From Eledone cirrhosa (taxonomy: Eukaryota): a stretch of DNA of 64,000 nt. How positions within the stretch are numbered: the first letter of the stretch is position 1; the number at the start of each line of letters is the position of its first letter. Below the pieces are notes generated by a model. It was not told where the DNA came from. It did not search any database and saw only the letters and a program-made list of their open reading frames with translations. Of the stretch, positions 41,470 through 52,377 are shown one piece after another. Made by a program: the position numbers and the translations under genes. The stretch is taken from the NCBI GenBank assembly GCA_964016885.1, contig OZ024755.1, positions 31,310,001 through 31,374,000 of the forward strand. Direction: 5' to 3'.

Positions 41470-41632
41470 ATACTTTGCACATGCGCACTGGTGTCTAAAT
41501 TTTTGCGCATGTGTAATTGGCCTAATTCTCTTTCGCAAAAACAAAATGGCCGCTGTAACAATTTCTATTTTTTCTAACCCGAATGAAAAACGTTAACAAT
41601 TTGGATTTTACTATTTATAAGGAGGTAAAGTA
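41470..41632 (+). promoter_or_regulatory. Putative promoter and first exon (NRF1-like and YY1-like motifs, AG|GTAAAG donor)
   Basis: TGCACATGCGCA and TGCGCATGTG, then AAAATGGCCGC (about 41543) and GGAG|GTAAAGTA (41625). An inverted paralog lies at 48010-48175. Confidence 0.5.
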
Positions 41633-41959
41633 AAGTTTTATTTTATGTTGAACAGTTTTATGTTTATTTCCTTCCATAAACGTCAGCAGTAATTATTGAA
41701 ACGATAGTTTTGTTTAGCTACTGCAACATCTCCATGTAGTGTTGTATTTCAATGGTGCTCATTGTTACGTGATAGGTTGATCATTCTACATTATCTTATG
41801 CAAGAACGTTACGTTTCCAAAGCAATCCAGGTTAAAGACAGGGGAACAGACAGATATGATGTTGTCATTGCTTATATCTGTTCCACTTTACATGTGTGTG
41901 CAGTTGATTGTCAATAGTAAGCAGTTAGAACCATTGAAGTAAACCTACATGGCACACCA

Positions 41960-42700
41960 AAACCACCCTCCTCCATAGTTGGTCAATTCAGGGTGAGAGG
42001 GTGATTGAAGCCGTTTAAGGACGTATATTTCTCGTGGGAACCTCTACGGGTAGCTACTTCTCGTATGATCCTCTTGGTCAATGCCAGGTTGCTACTCGTG
42101 GGAACCTCTACGGGTAGCTACTTCTCGTATGATCCTCTTGGTCAATGACATGAGCACTTTAAAGGCGTAAACATCTCGTACGATCCTCTACAGCCAGCTA
42201 AACCATAATCAGTGCCTACTTAGAGGGCGTAAACATCTCGTACGATCCTCTACAGCCAGCTAAACCATAATCAGTGCCTACTTAGAGGGCGTAAACATCT
42301 CGTACGATCCTCTACAGCCAGCTAAACCATAATCAGTGCCTACTTAGAGGGCGTAAAGATCTCGTAGGATCCTCTACAGCCAGCTAAACCCTGGTCACTA
42401 AAACCACCCTCCTCCACAGTTGGTGAATTCCAGGTGAGAGGGCGATTGAAGCACTTTAAGAGCGTAAACATCTCGTACGATCCTCTACAGCCAGCTAAAC
42501 CTTGGTCAATGCCAGGTTAGATGGTGAAATAAGCAGTTTAAGGCCGTATACTTCTCGTGGGATCCTCTACGCCCAGCTAAACCATGATCAGTGCCTGTTT
42601 AGAGAGGGTGTAAACATCTCGTAGGAACCTCTACAGCCAGCTAAACCCTGGTCAATGTCGTGAGAGGGCGATTGAAGCACTTTAAGGGCGTAAACTTCGA
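41960..42700. repeat. About 62-bp tandem repeat family
   Basis: GGGCGTAAACATCTCGTACGATCCTCTACAGCCAGCTAAACCATAATCAGTGCCTACTTAGA, about 10 variable copies. Confidence 0.88.
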
Positions 42701-42989
42701 TAATGTCTGGTCAGTGACACTTTCAAAAACACACATTTCATATAGATTTTTTGGCATACATGACTTTTAACGGTCTGAAAAATGAAAGTAAATTTATTTT
42801 CATTTTCGAACGTCGTATTTACATTTTGTGTGTTTAGATCTAAATTAGTTACTGAGATTAAAGACAAAATCAGAGCCTTTGTCGTTTTAACTGATTATAT
42901 ATATGTGTGTGTGTAGTTGACGGTTGAGAGAAGAGTACTCAATACCAAAGTAATCTTGTAATGAGGCTTGCAGAATGGTGAGTCCGCCA

Positions 42990-43255
42990 TTCTGGACGCT
43001 GCTACCTTGTAGAAGTCCCAAATCGAAGCTCTGACATTCTTGTCCCCATCATTCAGCAGGGATTTTGCCAGGCAGCCGCATCATCTCCGATGGTTGGGCT
43101 TCCTATTCGGAAATTGAAGGTTGGATTTACGTTCATGATGTTGTGGTGCACGAACGGAACTTTGTAGATCCTGCGGACTCTGATGTGCACACACAGCTCA
43201 TAAAGAACACATGGAGCCGTGCAAAGAAGAAGCTTCGTCGCCAGCATGTTTCCTT
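42990..43255 (+). mobile_element. Merlin/IS1595 (ISXO2-like) DDE transposase fragment
   Basis: VEVPNRSS..ILPGSRIISDGWASY...H..V.HERNFVDP...HTQLIKNTWSRAK, the Merlin catalytic-core signature. The final E appears as K. Confidence 0.8.
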
Positions 43256-43313
43256 TAAACACACACACAAAATGTAAACACGACGTTCGAAAATAAAAAT
43301 AAATTTACTTCCA

Positions 43314-44040
43314 TTATTGCGACCTTTTTATGCAGCTGTCATCCTTCATACGCATCACATGTCCATACCAACGCATCCGCTTCTCCTGCACACAACATTT
43401 GATTCCTCTTATGCTCAGTCTCTCTCTCAATTCATTTATGCTTTGTCGTTCGCGTATATTACTATTACACATCCATCGGAGCATGCAGGCTTCGTTTCTC
43501 TCTAATCTACGTAAGTCTTCCACCTTCAGCCCCCAGGTCTCACTACCATGTAACATTGCTGTTCGGATACACGCATCATACAGTCTGCCTTTCATTTTGA
43601 GGGAGAAGCCTTTTGCAGCTAGCAGTGGCAGTAGCTCCCTGAACTTCTTCCATCCCGTTCTTACCCTAGTCATTGTACTTTCTGAACACCCACCTCCGCT
43701 GCTAATTCGGTCACTAGGTAGCAGAAGCTGTCTACTGTTCCTCCCAGAGATTGGTGGTACTTGTTTCCTGTTTGCTGTTCCAGCACAGCTGCTGCATGTG
43801 AAGCCTACATTCTTAATTAAGCTTCCTGAGATCCCGCTACATCTCTTGTGTACCCATTGTTTGCATTTGGGGCAGAGAATGGAGTTCCTACCTACACCTT
43901 TCCTACATACTGAGCAAGGCCATTTCCCTGAGGGGATCTGGGTTCTGTTTTCTTGTCCTTACAAGGTCCTTAGTCTTTGTCATGTTGACTTTGAGACCCT
44001 TTCTTTCTAGTCCCTGCTTCCAAGTTTGGAATTTCTTCTC
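43314..44040 (-). mobile_element. RTE LINE RT fragment
   Basis: ORF 43314-43673 RVRTGWKKFRELLPLL...MLHGSETW...RWYGHVMR. The upstream Cys-rich segment is also present. Confidence 0.9.
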
Positions 44041-44110
44041 TGTAACATAGAACCATTTACATTCTTAGTTTCTTCATTTACTTTCTTTGTTCCTTTTCAA
44101 CACTTCATTA

Positions 44111-44373
44111 ACATTCTTAGTTTCCTCTAATTAAATGTATATATAATTGTTTCTACATTTGGCACAAGGCCAGCAGATTACTGGTACTTTATTTTATCGA
44201 CCCCGTAAGGGTGAAAGGCAAAGTTAACCTCGATCTCAGTTCAAATCCCGTCGAGATTAACTTTGCCTTTCATCCTTACGGGGTCGATAAAATAATGTAC
44301 TGGATAATTGCTGGCCTTGTGCCAAAAGTAGAAACTATTATATATACATTTAAATAGAGGAAACTAAGAATGT
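44111..44373. repeat. Fold-back palindrome of two head-to-head SINE 3' halves plus their flank
   Basis: ACATTCTTAGTTTCCTCTAATTAAATGTATATATAATTGTTTCTAC... is mirrored by ...GTAGAAACTATTATATATACATTTAAATAGAGGAAACTAAGAATGT. Confidence 0.88.
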
Positions 44374-44733
44374 ATATATAATAAAAGACAAAATTGGATG
44401 AATTTTATCAAGTTTAATATTGTTTTTATTGATAACGTATGTTCATTTCTTTTTACAGATGTCCAGACTTCAAGTTCGTATCCTGTGGGAATGGCGTAGT
44501 TTCTGTTAATAAAGAAAGTTTTCATTTTATTTTATTTTGACAAAAATGAATAAAGAAAGTTTACATATTATATACGAATTGTGTTAATTTTACTTTAACA
44601 AAAATGAATAAAGAAATCAAGTCCACAAGAAACTGAGTAAGACGTACTAAAAAGAACGTAAGTGTACGAAGTTTCTAAATAAGAAACTAAAAATGTCGAA
44701 AAAAAAACCTATATGAAACGCGACGCCATCTTG

Positions 44734-44838
44734 TTTTTTTTTTTATTTCTCCACTTTAGAGGCATCAGATACTCATGCATGGTTAAAGGCATGGAGCGAG
44801 GAACTGATGCCTCTAAAGTGGAGAAATAAAAAAAAAAA
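44734..44838. repeat. Perfect 35-bp inverted repeat (hairpin)
   Basis: T11-ATTTCTCCACTTTAGAGGCATCAG (44734-44768) pairs with CTGATGCCTCTAAAGTGGAGAAAT-A11 (44804-44838). Confidence 0.95.
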
Positions 44839-45521
44839 TTAACGGGGGGGCCCCCTCTGTGATGGAAATTTAAAAAAAAATTTGAATAGTTGCTTCCCTT
44901 ACTTTTTACAAAGAGAAGTCATTAGAAGCCATTTATTAGGCTAATTTTTTTTCATTGTCAAACAATATGTAGAATTTTTTAATATTTTTTCTCGTAAATA
45001 ATGTGTAAAGATTCTTTTATTAACAAAATCTTTTTTCATACAATTTGTAAATTTTATTAACAGACACTTCGACTTGTAGAAATATTCCCTCAGTGGTTAC
45101 GGCAAACAACACAGCATATGACCGAGAAGGCTGGATGGACATCTGTAAGAAAAATGAAATAAGAAAAACTATGAGAATCATTTACATACGTTGTCAATAA
45201 AAATGTTTAAACTTCATCAAATTCTTCCAGTTTTGTCATATTTTGTACATAAATATGAAGATAAATTTGTTTTGCGAGGTTTTTTATATGAAATCGTGTA
45301 TCGAAACAAATATTGTTATACTTGGGGAGGGTTATATTGTTGTAATAATATTGCCAGAAATAATAACAGAACACACTATAAAGATATATATTTAAATACT
45401 CACGTTGTCAATTAAACAAGGGTGTGCGGGCAACATAATGATCTGTCGGTTGTGAAGTTACGGATTTCAATAAACCAAATGAATATGACCTCGGATTTTT
45501 TATTGATATATATATATATAT

Positions 45522-46112
45522 ACTAGCAGCAGTACCCAGCGTTGCCTGGGTAAGTAAAATATCTGCTTTGATGAAAAGGTGTTGATCTTAGCGACTGCTT
45601 CTCGATGACTCATCTATAGCCACACACAGGCCATGTGGGGGAGGGTGGTGATGAGCTATATCACTGAGAAACGTGGGTTACTGACGAAGGGGCATACTGG
45701 GGGAGGGAGTTTCGAATTTGAACGAAATCGGTTGAAACATGTGGGAACTGGAGCCGAAAAGGTGGTATTTTCGAATATTTAAGCGGCTGCCACGCCGTCC
45801 CTGAACAACAAATGCAAAATATAAAGCCATTACAGGATGTGCAATGATAAATTCTATTTTGCTTTAAAATTTGAACGAAATCGGTGGCAAAATGTGGGAG
45901 CTAGAGCCAAACATCTTATATTTCGATACCTAAAAAAAGGTGACCCCGCTATCGATTTTTATCTGCAGAATGACCCAGGAACAAAAAAAAACAAAAACGA
46001 TACGCTGATATATAGAAAACACTCCCCCGATGACTAGTCTATGAGCCTGTAAAGTTTCATGAAAATCGGTCGTAAGATGTAGGCCCCTATAGCTAATACA
46101 CAGACACATACA
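45522..46112 (+). mobile_element. Non-autonomous Helentron/HINE-like element
   Basis: Begins (TA)n TACTAGCAGCAGTACCCAGCGTTGCCTGGGT (subterminal hairpin). Internal repeats TTTGAACGAAATCGGT. AAGTTTCATGAAAATCGGTC precedes ACACAGACACATAC. Confidence 0.6.
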
Positions 46113-46189
46113 CGTGTGCAGGTAAGTATCAGTGTTAATTAAGATGATGATCACGTAGGAAATATTTCTGTTGATGTAAAGAACTTCGC

Positions 46190-46361
46190 TGGCTTGTTCG
46201 AAAGAGAGAGTAGGACCCAAAGGGTCTGTTCTTTTAAAATCTGTATTGGTACCCACTTCCTATGGAAAGAGGCGAAGAGAATGTCCCAAGATGAACTGGT
46301 GGCAGACAAAAAAAATCTATGCTAAACTTTATTTCATTAAATTGTGTGCATCACAAACACA

Positions 46362-46409
<48 letters not shown>

Positions 46410-47720
46410 CAAGATCCAAGACTTCATTCGTTTAACGAGTGGGGTAGAGCTCCTCGGACGGAGGAAACAATGTTTCCATTGCTAATACTATGTCGATCAC
46501 AAATCCAGACAGAATGAGCAATGTGAAATAAAGTGTACATACATATTTTCTCATATCACCAATCTGACGAGCAGATCGATACTGGAGTCGAGTCCATAAC
46601 TCCTATGGGTCACCTTGAGCGCGTAACAGGTCGATACGCAATAAATATTTTTCATATGTAAACGAAACTTGCTCGTTTTTTTCTATTATATATATATATA
46701 TATATATACTGAAATATGTAGGGAGGTGTTGTATTATATTAGAAATACATTAACACGGGAGAAGGGTTGCAATAGCTAAACAACACTATCGTTTAATTAT
46801 GTCTCACCACGTGGGAGTTTTAAGTCTAATCTGTCTCACACGACTCCCAAACGAGAGACATGATAATCCAAAGGGAAATAAAAATACAAAGTTAGTTGGA
46901 ATAAAATAAAGATATACTTTACCTTCGTAAAAATGGTAAAAATCCAAGGTTTTAACGTTTATTTTTTCTACAGGCTGGAAAGCACGTTTAAAAGTTAAGC
47001 AGAGAGAAGGAGAGAGAGACCCAAAGGGTCTGTTCCGTGTAAATCTGTATTGGTACCCCAACTCCCAAGAATGTAGATGAAGTGTCTAAAAAAAGAAACT
47101 ATATCTATTTGTCTGTCTGCCTGTCTATCTATCTCACACGACTCCCAAGTGCTATACATGTGAATCAGGTCCTGTATTGATACCCACTCCTGTAATAAGA
47201 GACGAAGAGGATGTCCCAAGATGAACTGGCGACAGGGACCTGAAATCCGCCAACAAAACAGAAGTTGGAACGATGTATTGATAGATGCAACTGACCATGG
47301 TGGTCGATGGAGCACTTTGGTTGCCTCGTGTGTTTAAAGATGAGGGAGTTTTTAAGTCTAATCTATCTGTCTGTGCGTTCATTTCTCACGATTCCCAAAT
47401 GAGACATGCTAACCAGGTTCTGTATTGGGAAGAGGACGACCCAAGATGAACTGGTGCTAGACAATCGACAGAGACCTAAAGCCCCTCAACAAAAGTTGGA
47501 ACGATGTATTGATAGATGCAACTGATCGTAGTGGTCATTGGATCACTTTAATTGTATCATGTGTCTCAAAATGTGGCAGCTTCTGGCATCATTACAAGAC
47601 ATGAAATGTTCTCATACATGACTTTAATTGCCTTCGCGATCTGCTGGGGGTACCCCGTTAACAAAACAAACGTTTGAACGATGTATTGATAGATGCAACA
47701 GACCGTAGTAGTTGATTTTT
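46190..47720 (-). repeat. Local diverged tandem segmental repeats
   Basis: TTGGAACGATGTATTGATAGATGCAAC-type x3 (about 47265, 47495, 47675). CCCAAGATGAACTGG x3. GACCCAAAGGGTCTGTTC x2. Confidence 0.75.
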
Positions 47721-48009
47721 GCCGACCAACAAAAGGGGCAGACATTGAGTGTCTATGATATCAACCAATACCACCCGAAACTTTGTTAGTTTATACAACT
47801 GTAGCCACCAATATTATAAGAATATTCATTTAAGTTTTCATATTATAAGTATTTGAATTCAAGGGGTGTTTTTGTGGTCGCAATGTATATTGAAATACGT
47901 GCGGAGGGGAAGCAATAGCTAAACAAGACTATCGTTTAATTAGTTATTGGTGACATTATGGAGGGAAATAAATACACAATATTTCAATAAAAGACTTCAA
48001 CATAAAATA

Positions 48010-48175
48010 AAGCTTTACTTTACCTTCGTAAAAATGGTAAAAATCCAAGTTTTTAACGTTTATTTTTTCTACGGGCTTGAAAATACATCTAATATTTAAG
48101 CAGCCATTTTTTTTCTGAAATATTTACAGCAATTGCGCATGCGCAAAAAATTAAACGTCAGTTCGCATGTGCATG
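48010..48175 (-). promoter_or_regulatory. Putative promoter and first exon (perfect NRF1 palindrome, YY1-like motif, donor)
   Basis: TGCGCATGCGCA at about 48134-48145. On the minus strand AAAATGGCTGC and GAAG|GTAAAGTA. A partial third copy lies at about 46765-46980. Confidence 0.5.
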
Positions 48176-48319
48176 GAATTTTTCAACATGAACGTATCCA
48201 CAGCTATAGAAACCGAAAATAAGTGTAAAATTACACACACATGTACACCAGATCCGAACAGAGAGGAACCAAAACTCCCAGTGTCATCGCCTCTCTCGCC
48301 TTCCCCATCTCTCACTATT

Positions 48320-48560
48320 ATGAGCAAATGGGGTCCCACGGGTTGGCCACCCCGCGAACAGAATAGAGAAGGCCTTTCCCTGGAAGATGGTAAGGGAGAT
48401 GCGCTGGAAGAGCCATTCCAACTCGCGAGGCTCACACATGCGGCGAGCCAGTGCTCAACTGCAAACCTGCCGGAGAGTGACCGATATTTGGAGAGTTTAC
48501 CCTCCTCAGCTTGAAGTGCAGCAGAGCCTGGGTTAGTCGCAGACTGCACCAGGTTTCCAC
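48320..48560 (-). mobile_element. CRE-like element 3' fragment (diverged paralog of 40875-41165)
   Basis: NLVQSATNPGSAALQAEEGKLSKYRSLSGRFAV...ELEWLFQRISL, with an internal deletion. Confidence 0.85.
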
Positions 48561-48599
48561 CATTGGTCGCACTACTATTGCGGCGATCGTGCCAGTGAA

Positions 48600-48760
48600 G
48601 GTTACCACCAACATTGCCGGATGCGGCTAGGGAATCGCTAAGGTTATCTGAGCTGCCGTACTCCCTAAAATTGTCGTTGCTAGGATGCTGTATTTTAGTG
48701 AGCTTGTTGGAGTTACTTATCGCTATGAGGTCAGCTAGATTGGGTGTAGTGGAGAAGGAT
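48600..48760 (-). mobile_element. Penelope-like RT-EN linker fragment
   Basis: Minus strand SFSTTPNLADLIAISNSNKL, homologous to FSTAPNMADY.VKTNAVKL at about 50150. Confidence 0.55.
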
Positions 48761-48763
48761 ATA

Positions 48764-48806
<43 letters not shown>

Positions 48807-49599
48807 TAAAATAACAGATTAAAGTTTAAGCAAATAATCGCTGCTTTCACCCTTAACGAAAAACATTGCAACCGAAGGAAAACAGGAAGACGATACTTTG
48901 GTTCGTAGAGACGTTCCCTGGCAATGAACGGAAAAAAGCGAAGATAATACGTCGTTATGTGGAGCGTTGAGAACAATTACACGCAAAGGCAAAACCACAT
49001 TTATGGTATAACTGAAGTCGTAGACTAAAATTCTATTTAGGAAACCGAATGATTCTCGACTTCAGAGTTAAGAATAATGTAAATAAATTACAGAGGTTAT
49101 TGAAGTCAACAATAATTAAATATATACATACACGTATCCATATACGTACATACACATGCATACACGAAAACACCTACCAATGTATGCATATACACGCACG
49201 TACACAAAAACACGCGCACACATACAAAAACCCGCGCAACACCTGTACCTGTACACATACGAACGTATACACCAAATACGCATAAAAAAATATATTAAAA
49301 AAAATATATATATATGTGTGTGTGTTTGACGTGTATCCATATAATTATATAAACGTATATAAATATACACACATAAATACGTATATAACGCACGCACACA
49401 CATACCTACAGGTAAATACACATGTTTGCTAAACGTACGTCAAGCAAAACACAAAGTACACATATACACACCCTACATACATGCAAAACCGCATACACAC
49501 ACTAACGCAAAATACACGTATACACAAAACCATATACACATGTACCAGTATATATAATATATACACCTATAACAAATACAAGCAAAAATACGTACGAGA

Positions 49600-50260
49600 A
49601 AGTATATGTACGTTGAGATCATTTGGGGTGCCGTTGTCTTTCAAGTCCCATATTAGGTCCGCCAGCCTTGTGGAGTGTCTCTTGCTCCGGTCCTTGAAAG
49701 AGTTTGTGTAATTATACATCCTCGATTTAAAGGTCGTGGAAGTTGCGCCAATGTCGGTGCGCTCTGTGTTGTGCATGTTAACCACACATTTATATACTAG
49801 GCCCTTCGTTAGGCATCTTCCCTACAGGGGCCATTGTGTGCCCGCTCTGCAGTTGCATGTTCGGTCGTTATGTTGCTCATTTCCAACGCTCGGCCCTTGG
49901 TCTACCACGGCCCTCCCACGATTCTCTGGTTGTTGTTCTGTCGGTGCGGTGTCCTGTCCGCCCGGCATTCGATTACAGCGTCTTCCACAGGCATGGTGGT
50001 CGCTGCAGGGTCCAGAGTATAGTTGGAGACCCTGTCTGCAAGGGGCCCTCCGTTCCCGTGACCGTCAGTCGCCCGCCGCTGTTGACGGTCGAGTTTTCCC
50101 AACTTCACCGCGTTGGTTTTGACCGTGTAGTCTGCCATGTTAGGTGCGGTGGAGAAGAACTTCACCGTGTGGCGGTCGAATATCCTGTGGTACCTGCTCA
50201 ACGGCGGGAAGCACTTGTCCAACGCTCGGGGAAACAATTGTAACACACAATAAGTTGAGT
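49600..50260 (-). mobile_element. Penelope-like element fragment with GIY-YIG endonuclease
   Basis: ALDKCFPP..RYHRIFDRHTVK.FSTAPNM, then CNCR..CPL.G.CLTKGLVYKC...(D)IGATSTTFKSRMYN.TNSFK..KRHSTRLADLIWDLKD. Frameshifted. Confidence 0.85.
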
Positions 50261-50304
50261 TCCGATGCATCACTGATTTTTCGTTTTATATATATACATA
50301 CAAA

Positions 50305-50405
50305 AATATACACACTTCAAAAATATACACACTTCAACAGCATTCTAATAAATATTGTCTGTACAGATAATCAAAGTGTGTATACATTTTTGGGGACACC
50401 CTGTA
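50305..50405. mobile_element. Tc1/mariner-type TIR end (MITE remnant)
   Basis: ...AAAGTGTGTATACATTTTTGGGGACACCCTG|TA, the reverse complement of TA|CAGGGTGTCCCCAAAAATGTATACACACTTT. Confidence 0.6.
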
Positions 50406-50629
50406 TGTACATGTGATTTTATTAAATTCTGCATTAAATTCATTAAAGATTTTTAAAAACATTATTCGTTTGTTTTTATTCCCACTCTTCACATATCTTC
50501 CATCCTTCATCATCGTTTAACGTCCATCTTCCATGGGTTTGTCCCATTCAAGGCAAGTTATGTCAGGTGACCGTGGCTCACTCATATAGAACTGTTTCTG
50601 GCTGGTTTTCTATGGAAGGAAACCCTTCC

Positions 50630-51415
50630 TAACCACATTTGCAGTGTGTGCTGGGTGCTTTTTGTCGTGATTCCAACACGGCCACTTTATGGTGTAGACT
50701 GGGTGCTTTTTGTTGTGACACCTTCATGACCACTTTACAGTGTGGACTGGGTGCTTTTTGTTGTGACACCTTCATGACCACTTTACAGTGTGGACTGGGT
50801 GCTTTTTGTCGTGACACCTACATGACAACTTTACAGTGTGGGCTGGGTGCTTTTTTTCGTGACACCTACATTACCACTTTATAGTGTGGACTGGGTGCTT
50901 TTTGTCGTGACACCTACATGACCACTTTACAGTGTGGACTGGGTGCTTTTTGTCGTGACACCTACATGACCACTTTACAGTGTGGGCTGGGTGCTTTTTT
51001 TCGTGACACCTACATTACCACTTTATAGTGTGGACTGGGTGCTTTTTGTCGTGACATCTACATGAACACTTTACAGTGTGGACTGGGTGCTTTTTGTCGT
51101 GACACCTACATGACCACTTTACAGTGTGGGCTGGGTGCTTTTTTTCGTGACACCTACATTACCACTTTATAGTGTGGACTGGGTGCTTTTTGTCGTGACA
51201 TCTACATGAACACTTTACAGTGTGGACTGGGTGCTTTTTGTCGTGACACCTACATGACCACTTTACAGTGTGGACTGGGTGCTTTTTGTCGTGACACCTA
51301 CATGACCACTTTACAGTGTGGGCTGGGTGCTTTTTGTCATGACACCTACATGACCACATTATAGTGTGGACTGGGTGCTTTTTGTCGTGACACCTACATG
51401 ACCACTTTACAGTAT
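50630..51415 (+). repeat. 48-bp minisatellite, about 16 copies, amplified inside an RTE-UTR-like element
   Basis: Unit ACTTTACAGTGTGGACTGGGTGCTTTTTGTCGTGACACCTACATGACC, preceded by CATCATCGTTTAACGTCC and CCCTTCCTAACC (50505-50635). Confidence 0.93.
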
Positions 51416-51419
51416 GGGA

Positions 51420-52295
51420 TGGTTATAGTACAACTAATTAGGGAAAGAGTTAAAATAGATGAGATGCAGTTTGGTTTCATGCCTGGGAAAAGTACTACAG
51501 ATACTCTCTTCTTAGTGAGATAACTACAAGAGAAGTTCCTAGCCAAGAATAAGGTCTGAGTGTATACTTAGCCAAAACTAAAGTGCTAGTGAGTAGAAAA
51601 AAAGATAGGAACCAGATTCCTTCAGGGAAGTGGCCCTGATTAATATACAGAAAAGGAGTAGGTATAAACTCCATACAGTGCACAGAATGTAAATCCTGGG
51701 TACACAAAAGATGTAGTGGAATAACGAATAGGCTAACAGGAAGGGGAGACTTTGTATGTAAAAGATGCACAGGAGCAATCGAGGGGAAGAGTGCCAATGA
51801 CATAAACTTTTTCCAGTCACAGGAAGGGTCCATAGAAGTGGTTGATAGCTCCTCCTATCTAGGTGAGTTAATTAGCAGCGGAGGAGGGTGTGCTGAGAGC
51901 ATAATAGCTAGAATAAGGATAGGAAACAAAGGTTTCTTCCTACACTGAAAAAGATGACTGTACAAAGTGCGATACTGCATGGTAGTGAAACATTGGCAGT
52001 GACTGCAGAACACATGCATAGACTGGAGAGAAATGAAGCAGCCATGTTTTGTTGGATGTATAATTGTTTCTACGTTAGGCACAAGGCCAGCAATTATCCA
52101 GTGCATTACTGGTACTTTATTTTATCGACCCCGTAAGGATGAAAGGCAAAGTCAACCTCGGCGGAATTTGAACTCAGAATGGCAAGGGCCGTAACTCTAT
52201 ACGTCAAAGCATGGCGTCCGACCCTCTCCCAATACTGCCAATTCACCGCCCTATGTTGGATGTATAATGTAAGTGTGAGAGAAAGGCAGAACCAT
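51420..52295 (+). mobile_element. Degenerate RTE RT fragment interrupted by a SINE
   Basis: QLIRERVKIDEMQFGFMPGKSTTD...WVHKRCSGI...ILHGSETL...RLERNEA. The sequence resumes after the SINE at 52254. Confidence 0.85.
52065..52253 (-). mobile_element. Full-length tRNA-derived SINE (family A) with 15-bp TSD
   Basis: TSD TGTTGGATGTATAAT at 52050-52064 and 52254-52268. Confidence 0.9.
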
Positions 52296-52377
52296 CTTTT
52301 GATCATTGCAAGGAGTGGGTCCTGGCTGCCAGCATATCTGTTAACTCACTGCCTGACAAAGCTGTATATTTTATGCT

